A stretch of DNA of 64,000 nucleotides, from contig RHLH01000001.1 of assembly GCA_003712165.1 (NCBI GenBank), positions 1,459,575-1,523,574 of the forward strand. The letters run 5' to 3'. This stretch comes from Phycisphaera sp. (GTDB lineage Bacteria > Planctomycetota > Phycisphaerae > Phycisphaerales > UBA1924). Every line of letters starts with the position of its first letter. The stretch's first letter is position 1. A model generated the notes under the pieces. It made no database searches. It was not told where the DNA came from and saw nothing but the letters and a program-made list of their open reading frames with translations. Both the position numbers and the translations under genes were made by a program. Below are positions 23,344 to 32,657 of this stretch, piece after piece.

Positions 23344-24929
23344 TCAAGCGTTTCTTCAAGTCTCGTGGCTGGGGCAAGCTGCGCCGCAACCGCTTAGCGA
23401 TGGTCTCGCTCGCGGTCATCGGGTGCTACTTCCTGTTGGCCGCATGGATGATGACGATCGATGTCGTGCAGTGGATGGGCACGAAGACCGGCGCTTGGAA
23501 TCTGAAGGAGACACCCGTAGCCGGTGCTTTCCTGCCTGAGCAGATGCTCTCGCAGGTTGCCCCGCCCAGCCTGGGCGGACTCGGTAAGCCCATCGGTGTC
23601 ACCGGCCGTCTTGATTACGTGGACTTCTTCTTCAGCCGTGTCCGTGACGCGGTGGATGAACTGGACAAGCTCGGTCCTGACTCAGGCCGGACGGCCGAGG
23701 AGGTCATTGACTCCTATGCCGTGCAGGAACGAAAGATCTTAGATGTATCTCAAGAAGAACTGCGTGAGCGCGTCGAGCGGGGGGAGGAGATTCTCGCGGA
23801 GCTTGACGATGCACGATCGCTATCAAATGCCGCGTTGACTGTGCTGGTGCAGACCCGGGCTTCGCGTGTATCGATATCTGAGCTGCGCAGTGCTGGCGAG
23901 GAGGATGATCTGGCCCTCCTTCGCGAGGAGGTCGCCTTTGGGCTTGAGGAGATTTCTTACGCGGTCGACGACTACGCTGCCGTCTCGGGCCGGGATGATG
24001 CCTTTCCAGCCGATCCGATGGACGAAGTGCTCGATTCCGTTGATCTTCTGTTCGATACCGATGATCCTCTACCCGAGCTTGCCGATGCTCTGGCCGCCAT
24101 CGATGAAGCAGCACAAAGAGAAGCTGCTCTTCAGCTCGACGCCGCCGAGACGCTCTTGCCCGACGCCATGGAGTTTGTTGATCAGTTGATGCCAAAGCCT
24201 ACGGGCGTGGCCGGTATGGCCTACAACTCCAGGCTTCTTTTTGGCACCGATCGGCAGGGCCGATCCATTCTGGTGCGAGCGCTCTATTCAGCCAAGATCG
24301 CGATCCAGGTTGGTGTCATCGTCGGTCTGACCGCCGTGCTCATAGGGAGTCTTATGGGAGCCGCCGCTGCGTTCTTCGGCGGCTTCGTTGATCATGTCGT
24401 TACATGGCTCTACTCGATTTTCAGTTCGATCCCTCAGCTCGTTCTGCTCGCAGTGTTGAGCTTTATGTTTGTCTCCGGTCCGCTCCAAGAGTTCCGCGGC
24501 CTTCCATCGCTCTATCTCGCCTTTGCTTTGACATACTGGATCGGGCCTTGCCGCGTCATCCGAGGCGAGGCCATGAAGATCAAAGAACTCGAGTACGTCC
24601 AGGCCGCGACGGCGATCGGATTCAGCCGATTCTACATCTTGGTCAAGCACATCATCCCGAACACACTGCACCTGATGTTTATCAACTTCTCACTCCTTTT
24701 CGTTGGCGCGATCAAGGGTGAGGTCATCCTGACGTTCCTGAATCTTGGTCTTCCGCTGGGCGAGGGTGCCAGTTGGGGCATCATGATCAGCCAGGCCAAG
24801 AGTGAGGTCGTACAAGGATTCTTCTGGCAGATCGGCGCCGCAACGCTGTTTATGTTCATCCTGGTGCTGGCATTCAATATCCTGTCCGACGCACTCCAGG
24901 ACGCGTTTGATCCGAAGCACGTGAACTGA
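23340..24929 (+). CDS. ABC transporter permease (DppC/OppC type) with a roughly 250-aa acidic insertion after TM1
   Basis: 529 aa. The TTG start overlaps the upstream stop (TTGA). The core has LFGTDRQGRSILVRALYSAKIAIQVG and EYVQAATAIGFSRFYILVKHIIPN. Confidence 0.85.
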   Translation: MIKRFFKSRGWGKLRRNRLAMVSLAVIGCYFLLAAWMMTIDVVQWMGTKTGAWNLKETPVAGAFLPEQMLSQVAPPSLGGLGKPIGVTGRLDYVDFFFSRVRDAVDELDKLGPDSGRTAEEVIDSYAVQERKILDVSQEELRERVERGEEILAELDDARSLSNAALTVLVQTRASRVSISELRSAGEEDDLALLREEVAFGLEEISYAVDDYAAVSGRDDAFPADPMDEVLDSVDLLFDTDDPLPELADALAAIDEAAQREAALQLDAAETLLPDAMEFVDQLMPKPTGVAGMAYNSRLLFGTDRQGRSILVRALYSAKIAIQVGVIVGLTAVLIGSLMGAAAAFFGGFVDHVVTWLYSIFSSIPQLVLLAVLSFMFVSGPLQEFRGLPSLYLAFALTYWIGPCRVIRGEAMKIKELEYVQAATAIGFSRFYILVKHIIPNTLHLMFINFSLLFVGAIKGEVILTFLNLGLPLGEGASWGIMISQAKSEVVQGFFWQIGAATLFMFILVLAFNILSDALQDAFDPKHVN

Positions 24930-24932
24930 TCT

Positions 24933-25961
24933 ATGTCTGAAACCACTAAACAACCGATTCTCAGGGTTCGCGGGCTCAAGACCAGCTTCCGCACCGACCG
25001 CGGGACTGTGACGGCTGTCGACGATGTGAATTTCGATGTCTTCCCTGGTGAGACCATCGGTATTGTCGGTGAATCCGGTTGCGGTAAGACCGTCACCAGC
25101 AAAACGATCATGAGGCTTCTGCCTGAACGCAACAGCATCATCGATCCGACCAGCGAGATCATGTTCGGCGACCTCAACCTGGCGACCGCCTCGGAGAGCC
25201 AGATGCGCGAGGTGCGGGGTGATCAGATCGCCATGATCTTCCAGGAGCCCATGACCAGCCTGAACCCCGTGTTCACGATCGGCTGGCAGTTGGACGAGGC
25301 GCTCAAGTACCACACGAAGCTCGACAAAAAAGGACGCCGCGATCGAGCGATCGAGATGCTTAGGCTTGTCGAGATACCGAACCCAGAGCAGCGGTACAAG
25401 GAATACCCTCACCAGCTCTCGGGCGGTATGCGTCAGCGCGTCATGATCGCAATCGCGCTCTGCTGCGAGCCTGACATTCTCATCGCTGACGAGCCCACGA
25501 CCGCGCTGGACGTGACGATTCAAGCACAGATATTGGCTCTCATGGCGGATCTCAAGAAACGCCTTGGGACTTCGATCCTACTCATCACGCATGATCTCGG
25601 TGTCGTCGCGCAGGTCTGTGATCGCGTCATTGTGATGTATGCTGGTCGAATCATCGAGCAGGCACCGGTAAGCGATCTCTTCAAGCGCCCTCAGCACCCA
25701 TACACGAAAGCCCTCCTCGAGTCGATCCCAAAAGCAGGCAAACGGAATGCAGACGGCAGGCTCCCGACGATCAAGGGCATCGTCCCCAGCCTGTTTGAAC
25801 TGCCCAAGGGCTGTAGGTTTCAGGACCGCTGCCCGTTCAAAGAGCAGAAGTGCGTGGATGTCGAGCCCGATCTCAAAGCGCATGCATTCGATGACAGGCC
25901 TGTCCGGTGTCACTTCCCGAGGAACCAAGAAGTCGATCTGACCACAGGAGCCACGGGATGA
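24933..25961 (+). CDS. ABC transporter ATP-binding protein (DppD/OppD type)
   Basis: Walker A GESGCGKT, signature LSGGMRQR, Walker B ILIADEPTTALD, C-terminal oligopeptide-type extension (GCRFQDRCPF). Confidence 0.92.
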   Translation: MSETTKQPILRVRGLKTSFRTDRGTVTAVDDVNFDVFPGETIGIVGESGCGKTVTSKTIMRLLPERNSIIDPTSEIMFGDLNLATASESQMREVRGDQIAMIFQEPMTSLNPVFTIGWQLDEALKYHTKLDKKGRRDRAIEMLRLVEIPNPEQRYKEYPHQLSGGMRQRVMIAIALCCEPDILIADEPTTALDVTIQAQILALMADLKKRLGTSILLITHDLGVVAQVCDRVIVMYAGRIIEQAPVSDLFKRPQHPYTKALLESIPKAGKRNADGRLPTIKGIVPSLFELPKGCRFQDRCPFKEQKCVDVEPDLKAHAFDDRPVRCHFPRNQEVDLTTGATG

Positions 25962-26971
25962 CCGCTCCGGCTACACAACAACAAAGCAGCGCTGGGGCGC
26001 CGCAACAGAACGCGTTCGTTCACGCCGAGAGAATCCACAAGCGATTCCCAGTTCACGGCGGCATTCTCAACCGCGTTGTCGCGAACGTGCACGCGGTCAC
26101 CGATGTTTCGTTCTCGATCGCCAGGGGCGAGACTCTGGGCGTCGTCGGTGAGTCCGGCTGCGGCAAGTCGACACTCGGCAAGATGGTCATCCGCCTGCTC
26201 GAACCAACCGAGGGCAGGGTCTACCTCGCCGGCAGCGAGATCACCGGTCTCGACCACAAGCAGATGATGAGCGTCCGCAGACGCATGCAGATCATCTTCC
26301 AGGACCCATACAGCTCCCTCAACCCGAGGCTTACCGTCCGGGGACTGCTCAAGGAAGCGATCTCGTTCCACAACATCGTTACGCCTGACAAGATGGAGTC
26401 GTACATCGACGAACTCATCGCGACTGTCGGCATGAGGCCCGAGTCGAAGGACAAGTTCCCGCACGAGTTCTCCGGTGGCCAGCGCCAGCGCCTCGGCATC
26501 GCCCGGGCCTTGGCGCTCAAGCCTGAATTCATCGTCGCCGACGAGCCCGTCTCCGCGCTGGATGTATCGATCCAGGCGCAGGTCCTCAACCTCATGAAGG
26601 ACCTCAAGGAGCAACTCGGGCTCACAATGATGTTTATCAGCCACGACCTGAAGGTCGTCGAGCACTTCTGCGACAACGTCATGGTCATGTACCTGGGCCG
26701 GGTCATGGAGAAAATCCAGAGTGATCGCCTCCGCGAGCACGCCGAACACCCGTACACCAGGGCGCTGCTTGGTTCAAACCCGATCGACGACCCGGACGAG
26801 CGTCGCCCTCTGACAGTCCTTCAGGGCGACGTCCCGAGCCCGCTCAACCCGCCCCCTGGCTGTCCGTTCGCGGGCCGGTGCCCAGAGGTGCAGGACCGCT
26901 GCCGGACGGAGATGCCGCCGCTCGAGATGCGAGTCAACGGCCAAGCGGTCGCTTGCTGGGCCCGAATGTAA
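25958..26971 (+). CDS. ABC transporter ATP-binding protein (DppF/OppF type)
   Basis: ATG 25958 overlaps the upstream stop (ATGA). Walker [10 protein letters not shown], signature FSGGQRQR, Walker [22 protein letters not shown] tail. Confidence 0.92.
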   Translation: MTAPATQQQSSAGAPQQNAFVHAERIHKRFPVHGGILNRVVANVHAVTDVSFSIARGETLGVVGESGCGKSTLGKMVIRLLEPTEGRVYLAGSEITGLDHKQMMSVRRRMQIIFQDPYSSLNPRLTVRGLLKEAISFHNIVTPDKMESYIDELIATVGMRPESKDKFPHEFSGGQRQRLGIARALALKPEFIVADEPVSALDVSIQAQVLNLMKDLKEQLGLTMMFISHDLKVVEHFCDNVMVMYLGRVMEKIQSDRLREHAEHPYTRALLGSNPIDDPDERRPLTVLQGDVPSPLNPPPGCPFAGRCPEVQDRCRTEMPPLEMRVNGQAVACWARM

Positions 26972-27041
26972 CGAAACCTTACTGCGTGACAATCAATGAG
27001 CTTGATGGCTGCCTCACGCGCTTAGTGGCGTTGTGGAGCCT

Positions 27042-27080
27042 GAAAAGAAAAACCCGACTGAGAGCGCTAGCCGTCAGTCG
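27042..27080 (-). terminator. Intrinsic terminator oriented for minus-strand transcripts, about 225 nt downstream of tsf
   Basis: Minus strand reads CGACTGA-(12 nt loop)-TCAGTCG followed by GGTTTTTCTTTTC. Confidence 0.5.
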
Positions 27081-27249
27081 AGCCATGGGAAGAGAGAGAC
27101 AAGACACCCGAAATATGCAACAGCTTTTCGGGCGTGCCAGTAGTTTGGGTAACTTTTTTCGCTTTCTCATTCTGTAGGGCCCATTCGGCGTTTCAGGGCT
27201 GTGAGGCCGGTTTTCAGTTCCTGGGAGCGAATCCTGTGCCCATGAGAAA

Positions 27250-27271
27250 GGCCCGGGATTGCTCCCGGGCC
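27250..27271 (-). terminator. GC-rich hairpin immediately after tsf (terminator or attenuator)
   Basis: GGCCCGGGA-gcaa-TCCCGGGCC followed by TTTCTC on the minus strand, 32 nt after the tsf stop. Confidence 0.45.
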
Positions 27272-27302
27272 TCTTGTGATGCTCTGTGAATCTGGGGAAG
27301 GC

Positions 27303-28130
27303 TTACTCGCCCGCGTCGGCCTCGACACCTTCGCCGACTTCCCAGCGGAAGAACTCCTTGATCGCGGCTCCGCCGAGCAGGTCCTTGATCTTCTTCGAAG
27401 GGTCAACCACAAAGTCCTGCTCGTTGAGGGCGACCTCGGAGTAGAACTTCTTGATGCCGCCCTCGACCATCATCGCGGCGATCTCCTCGTTCTTGCCCGA
27501 CTCCACAGCCTGCTCCATGCGGAACTTGCGTTCTTTCTCGACGAGCTCGGCGGGAATGTCGTCAGCGGTGATCCCGAGAGGCCTCGGCACGACAGCGGTG
27601 ATGTGCATGCAGATCTGACGCAGGACGTCGTCGTCCGCACCGGCAGTCGCGTGGATGAGCACGGCGGTCTTGCCGTCGTGGTGGACGTAGGAGCTGAAGC
27701 TCTCGCCGTTGTCCTTCTCAATCTTGTGGACGCGGCCGATCGAGGCGTTCTCGCCCGTCGAGATACGGATGTCGTCCATGATCGCGTTCATCTCATCGGT
27801 CGGCGCGACCTCGCCTGCGGGCGCTGCGAGAGCGAGCTGGGCGATCTTGTCGGCGGCTTCGATGAACTTGTCGTTCTTAGCTGTGAAGTCGGTCTCCGCG
27901 CGGAGATCGACGATCGCGGCGGCGGTGCCGTTGACGGCGACCGCGACGCGACCCTCAGCAGCCGCACGCTCGGTGCGGCCTTCCATCTTGCCCTTCAGTG
28001 TCTTGCGGAGGTGGTCCTCGGCTGCCTCGATGTCACCGCCGGTCTCGGCGAGTGCTTTCTTGCAGGCCATCATGGGAAGACCAGTGCGGTTACGAAGGGC
28101 CATCACGTCTTTGGCGCTGATGTCGGCCAT
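27303..28130 (-). CDS. tsf: Translation elongation factor Ts
   Basis: 275 aa. MADISAKDVMALRNRTGLPMMACKKALAETGGDIEAAEDHLRK (UBA-like N-terminal domain). Directly downstream of rpsB. Confidence 0.95.
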   Translation of the reverse strand: MADISAKDVMALRNRTGLPMMACKKALAETGGDIEAAEDHLRKTLKGKMEGRTERAAAEGRVAVAVNGTAAAIVDLRAETDFTAKNDKFIEAADKIAQLALAAPAGEVAPTDEMNAIMDDIRISTGENASIGRVHKIEKDNGESFSSYVHHDGKTAVLIHATAGADDDVLRQICMHITAVVPRPLGITADDIPAELVEKERKFRMEQAVESGKNEEIAAMMVEGGIKKFYSEVALNEQDFVVDPSKKIKDLLGGAAIKEFFRWEVGEGVEADAGE

Positions 28131-28232
28131 GGTGAATGCTCCGGGTCATTGGGCGCCGCCGCTTGGTCTGGCGGCGCGAGTCTGTTTCTGAATGAGGCTC
28201 TCTCTCGCCTCGGCTCGTATCAACAAAGTGTG

Positions 28233-28249
28233 CTCTGAGGTGCTCAGAG
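28233..28249 (-). promoter_or_regulatory. Hairpin in the rpsB-tsf intergenic region (possible attenuator)
   Basis: CTCTGAG-cac-CTCAGAG lies 5 nt after the rpsB stop. A second 8-bp GC stem is at 28153-28177. Confidence 0.25.
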
Positions 28250-28254
28250 ACGAA

Positions 28255-29109
28255 TTACTCGGTGGGGGCGGCGACCGTGTCGGGCGCCGTGCGGGGGGCC
28301 TCATCGGTCGCAGATGCCGAGGCTTCGCCTCGAACGCTGCGACGGCTGCCCTGCTTGCGCTGGCGAGGAGCCTGCTCCTGGCCTGCGTCGTCTGCGCCCT
28401 CAGCTGCCTCGGTCCGCTGGCTCTTGCCCTCGGCGATCGACTTGCAGAGCTCGCGGACCACGACGTCGATCGAACGCATCGAATCGTCGTTGCCCGGGAT
28501 CGGGATGTCGGCGTACGCCGGGTCGGCGTCGGTATCGATCAGGCAGACGGTGGGGATGCCTAGCTTGCGGGCCTCGTTGATCGCCGTCATCTCGTGCGAG
28601 ACATCGATGATCACGAGGGCGCCCGGGATCTTCTCCATCCGGCGGATGCCGTCGAGGTTCCGCTTGATCTTCCGCATCTCGCGGCGGAGCTGGCTCTCCA
28701 TCTTCTTGGAGTAGCTCTGGAAGTTGTCCTCGGCTTCGATCGCTTCGAGCTCTTCGAGCCTCTTGAGGCGGGCACGGATGGTGCGGAAGTTGGTCAGCGT
28801 GCCACCCAGCCAACGCTCGGTGACGTAGTGCATCCCAGCGTCGGGGACGTACTGCTCGAGGATGCTGCGTGCCTGACGCTTCGTGCCCACAAAGCAAACA
28901 TCTTTGCCGCCGGCGACCGTCTTGTTAAGGAACTTCTTGGCGAGCAGGAGGCCCTTGACGGTCTCCTTGATGTCGATGATGTGGATGCCGTTGCGCTTGC
29001 CGTAGATATAAGGACCCATCTTCGGGTTCCAACCGCTGGCACGTTGGCCGAAGTGGATGCCCGCTTCGATGAGGTCCTGCACGAGAGACTGACTGGATTG
29101 TTCTGCCAT
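28255..29109 (-). CDS. rpsB: 30S ribosomal protein S2 with a low-complexity C-terminal extension
   Basis: 284 aa. GIHFGQRASGWNPKMGPYIYGKRNGIHIIDI, VCFVGTKRQA, and other S2 blocks. The last ~55 aa are charged and low-complexity. Confidence 0.95.
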   Translation of the reverse strand: MAEQSSQSLVQDLIEAGIHFGQRASGWNPKMGPYIYGKRNGIHIIDIKETVKGLLLAKKFLNKTVAGGKDVCFVGTKRQARSILEQYVPDAGMHYVTERWLGGTLTNFRTIRARLKRLEELEAIEAEDNFQSYSKKMESQLRREMRKIKRNLDGIRRMEKIPGALVIIDVSHEMTAINEARKLGIPTVCLIDTDADPAYADIPIPGNDDSMRSIDVVVRELCKSIAEGKSQRTEAAEGADDAGQEQAPRQRKQGSRRSVRGEASASATDEAPRTAPDTVAAPTE

Positions 29110-29536
29110 GGGAGATCTCCTGATCCCAGCGACACCGGCGACACCAAGCCGATCGGGTACTTAACCCGTGGCGTCACGCAAGGGCGCTTGCGGCGCGGAC
29201 AGTTGAGCCCGCTGGTTCTTCCTGTAACGAACCGGATTCCGTACCCGACTGAAGGGAGGAAGCCGACGCCTGCCACCGACCAGACAGGCGGGGCCATTCT
29301 AGGCCACGAAATGAGGCCGGACACTCAGAATTCGTGTGGATTCAAGGTCCGCCGGGGGTTCTCTTGCCCGGGGGGCCTGATCTAGGCCAGGCCGCCAGGG
29401 ATTGTCTATATGAGGAGAAGCAGGCCCCCAGCACACAATGCCGCATCTTGGCTACCTCAAGTCATGAGGCTCCTTTATCAGTCCGATGAGACTGATTGAG
29501 AACTCGTCTGAACACCATTTGAAGACATGAGCCGCC

Positions 29537-32065
29537 ATGATCGAAACTCATATTCAGCAACTTGCTAAGCAGGCCGCTTTGGTAGATCCACTCGATCTAC
29601 CTGGTCTGGTCTCTCTCGGGGAGCTATTTGAAGAGCTGTACGAGATGCTCGACGCTCCCGAGTACGCCCCTCTCTCGGAAAAGGCCCGCGAATCGGTCGA
29701 TCTCCTCGAGAGCATTGTCATGCATGAGGTAGTCGATCTCGATCAGACGTTCGCCGAGATCAACCGAACAATCGATTACGCTCAGGAGATCGTAAATGCT
29801 CTCCAGGACGGTCTTTCAGTCGATGATGTGCCTGTCCCAGGTCGCGATTCTGGCAGCGAGAACGCGGGTATCGATCCGGATTTGTTGGCTTCGTGGCTTT
29901 CGGGTTGTGCCGACATCCTTGAGGAGTTGGAATCGTTGACGGTCGGGCTCGAAACCGATCCGACTGACGAAGACCTCAACGAAGTCCGCAGGGGTATTCA
30001 CACACTCAAGGGAGAGTGTGGCGTTCTATCACTCGCAGTCGCGCAAAAAATCTGTCACGAGGCTGAGACGCTCATCGATGAGACCGCCGGTCAGGGTAAG
30101 GCGTTCCCAGCAAGTGAGATCCTTGCTGTCCTCGACTGGATGAAGGCATACAGCCAGCTTCTGGAATCCGACCCGGCCGCTGATGCACCCGAGCACGGCG
30201 ACCTTCTGGCCTCCCTTGCCATCAAATCAACCAGTGACGGTGATCAGCCGGGACCCGATATCGTTCCAGAGCCAGCTGATTCGGCTGAAGCCGAATCGCA
30301 GGCGGCTTGCCCGGCACAAGCAGATGACGGTTCGCTTGTCGAATTCCCGAGCGACATCGAACGGGACGACAACCTCGCTGATTTCCTGGGTGAGGCACGT
30401 GAGCACATCGCCGCCGGCGAGGTGGCGGTCCTCTCGCTTGAGAATGATTTCACCGACCTCGAACTCATCAACACTGTCTTCCGAGCATTTCACACGATCA
30501 AGGGTGTTGCAGGTTTCATGAACCTGACCCCGATCGTCACCGCGGCTCACAACGCCGAGTACCTGCTCGACGAGGCCCGAAAGCAAACGATCACACTCAA
30601 CTCTGCTTCACTTGATCTGATTCTTGAGTCGTGCGACATGATGTCTCAGCTGCTCGCGGTGCTCGAAGGTGAGCGTGCTCCGAGCCTTTCGGCGTTCAAT
30701 CACCACATCGAGCAACTGCAGCTTGCATCGAAGAACGAGCCTTTTGTTACGAGCAGGGGGGCTTCAGAACCTGCCGCCCAATCCTCCCAGTCGCCCGTCG
30801 CTGAGAAGCCGAATCTTACGGACGCCCAGGAGTCAGCCAAAGCACAAACCTCTTCGCCCAGTGGGGCGAAGAAGAAGTCTTCCGATGTCAATGTCAAGGT
30901 CAACACAGAGCGACTCGACAACCTCGTCACGATGGTCGGTGAGCTCGTTATCGCCCAGCAGATGGTTATTCAGGACCCGAGTGTTTCTGAAATCGAGGAC
31001 CAGCGTTTCCAGCGCAACATGAGCCAGACGGGCAAGATCATCCGTGATCTTCAGGAGGTCGCGATGTCACTCCGGATGGTGACGTTGAAGGGCCTCTTCC
31101 AGAAGATGGCACGCCTCGTTCGCGACGTCTCGGCTAAGGCCGACAAAAAAGTACAATTTATTATGGAGGGCGAGGACACCGAGCTCGACCGCACGGTTGT
31201 CGAGGAGATCGGGGATCCACTCGTACACATGATCAGAAACTCCTGCGACCACGGCATCGAGTCGCCGCAGGATCGAGTAAAGGCTGGCAAGCCCGAGACA
31301 GGTACCCTCACGCTCCGTGCGTTCCACCAAGGCGGCTCGATCGTCATCGAGATCGAAGATGATGGTAAGGGTCTTGATCGCAATAAGATTCTGAATAAAG
31401 CGATCGAAAAAGGAATCTATACACCCGACCGTGAGCTGTCGGAGATCCCCGACAGCGAGGTGTTTGGCTTTATCATGCTGCCTGGCTTCTCGACGGCCGC
31501 GAAGGTAACTGATATCTCAGGCCGGGGTGTTGGGATGGACGTCGTCCGTCGTAATATCGAGGCGCTGCGAGGGAAGCTGGAGATCAACTCCGTCGCGGGT
31601 AAGGGCACAACATTCAAGATGTCACTGCCGCTGACGATGGCAATCATCGACGGCATGGTTGTCCGTGTTGGAACGCAGCGATACGTCATACCGACGCTGT
31701 CGATCGAGCAGAGCTTCAGGCCAACGAAAGACCAGATTCATACTGTCGCCGGCCAGGGTGAGATGGCACTTGTCCGGGAATCGCTGCTTCCTATCCACAG
31801 ACTCAACTCGCTCTTCAAGGTGAATGAAGGCACGGACAATATCGAGGACGGGCTGCTTCTCGTACTCGAATCAAACGACACAAGGTGCTGTCTGTTGATC
31901 GATGAGATCATTGGACAGCAGCAGGTGGTCATCAAACGCCTCGGTCAGGGTCTTGAGCCCTTACGCGGTGTGTCGGGCGGCGCCATCTTGGGTGATGGCA
32001 GAGTCGCACTCATCATAGATGTTGCGGGTTTGCTGAACGAGGCAACCCAGCCTGAGTCTCTCTAA
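29537..32065 (+). CDS. cheA: Chemotaxis histidine kinase CheA with two HPt (P1)-like domains
   Basis: 842 aa. HPt motifs RRGIHTLKGECGV and FRAFHTIKGVAGFMNL. Kinase N/G boxes NSCDHGIE, DDGKGLD, GRGVGMDVV. C-terminal CheW-like P5 domain. Confidence 0.92.
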   Translation: MIETHIQQLAKQAALVDPLDLPGLVSLGELFEELYEMLDAPEYAPLSEKARESVDLLESIVMHEVVDLDQTFAEINRTIDYAQEIVNALQDGLSVDDVPVPGRDSGSENAGIDPDLLASWLSGCADILEELESLTVGLETDPTDEDLNEVRRGIHTLKGECGVLSLAVAQKICHEAETLIDETAGQGKAFPASEILAVLDWMKAYSQLLESDPAADAPEHGDLLASLAIKSTSDGDQPGPDIVPEPADSAEAESQAACPAQADDGSLVEFPSDIERDDNLADFLGEAREHIAAGEVAVLSLENDFTDLELINTVFRAFHTIKGVAGFMNLTPIVTAAHNAEYLLDEARKQTITLNSASLDLILESCDMMSQLLAVLEGERAPSLSAFNHHIEQLQLASKNEPFVTSRGASEPAAQSSQSPVAEKPNLTDAQESAKAQTSSPSGAKKKSSDVNVKVNTERLDNLVTMVGELVIAQQMVIQDPSVSEIEDQRFQRNMSQTGKIIRDLQEVAMSLRMVTLKGLFQKMARLVRDVSAKADKKVQFIMEGEDTELDRTVVEEIGDPLVHMIRNSCDHGIESPQDRVKAGKPETGTLTLRAFHQGGSIVIEIEDDGKGLDRNKILNKAIEKGIYTPDRELSEIPDSEVFGFIMLPGFSTAAKVTDISGRGVGMDVVRRNIEALRGKLEINSVAGKGTTFKMSLPLTMAIIDGMVVRVGTQRYVIPTLSIEQSFRPTKDQIHTVAGQGEMALVRESLLPIHRLNSLFKVNEGTDNIEDGLLLVLESNDTRCCLLIDEIIGQQQVVIKRLGQGLEPLRGVSGGAILGDGRVALIIDVAGLLNEATQPESL

Positions 32066-32079
32066 GTGAGGAATGCCAA

Positions 32080-32655
32080 ATGACGACGAACACGAATGCT
32101 GTGAACAAGGAGATCGCCGAGTCGGGCGATGATAACCAGGACAAATTCCTCTCGTTCTGCCTGGGCACCGAGGAGTACGGCGTTGAGATCTTGCGTGTAC
32201 GTGAGATCATCGGTGTTCTCGACATCACGCCGCTTCCGCAAACCGAAAGCTTTGTCAAGGGGGTCGTGAACCTTCGAGGCAAGATCATTCCTGTGATCGA
32301 GCTGCGTAACAAGTTCGGAATGGACAGCATCGACTACAACGAAGAGACATGCATCATCGTCGTGGAAGTCAACGACTCCGACGGGGGCGAGCAGTTCGAG
32401 ATGGGTGTGATCGTCGATAACGTCCGTGAAGTAAAGAATATTGGCAAGTCGCAGATCGAGCCCGCACCGAAGTTCGGGTGCTCGCTGAGCACAGAGTACA
32501 TCATGGGTATGGGCAAGGTGTCAGAGGGCGACATTCAACGCGTCCTGATCCTGCTTGACATTGATAAGGTGATGTCCGCTAGTGCAGTGAGCGACCTCGC
32601 GCAGGTGAGCAAGAGCAAGAACTGCGAAGAAGATTCCCAGCGAGCCGCGGCCTGA
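32080..32655 (+). CDS. cheW: Chemotaxis coupling protein CheW
   Basis: 191 aa. FLSFCLGTEEYGVEILRVREI and VVNLRGKIIPVIELR blocks. Confidence 0.9.
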   Translation: MTTNTNAVNKEIAESGDDNQDKFLSFCLGTEEYGVEILRVREIIGVLDITPLPQTESFVKGVVNLRGKIIPVIELRNKFGMDSIDYNEETCIIVVEVNDSDGGEQFEMGVIVDNVREVKNIGKSQIEPAPKFGCSLSTEYIMGMGKVSEGDIQRVLILLDIDKVMSASAVSDLAQVSKSKNCEEDSQRAAA

Positions 32656-32657
32656 GC

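Noticed and set aside
27133-27160. Sigma54-like TGGCAC element on the minus strand (CTGGCACGCCCGAAAAGC)
   Set aside because: The GG-to-GC spacing is 12 nt rather than 10, and no TTGC follows. It is more simply part of the hairpin described in the tsf-downstream region.
29470-29500. Possible FliA (sigma28) -10 element, TCCGATGA, upstream of cheA, within the inverted repeat ATCAGTC-cgatga-GACTGAT
   Set aside because: There is no TAAA -35 element at the required spacing. The match is too weak to call.
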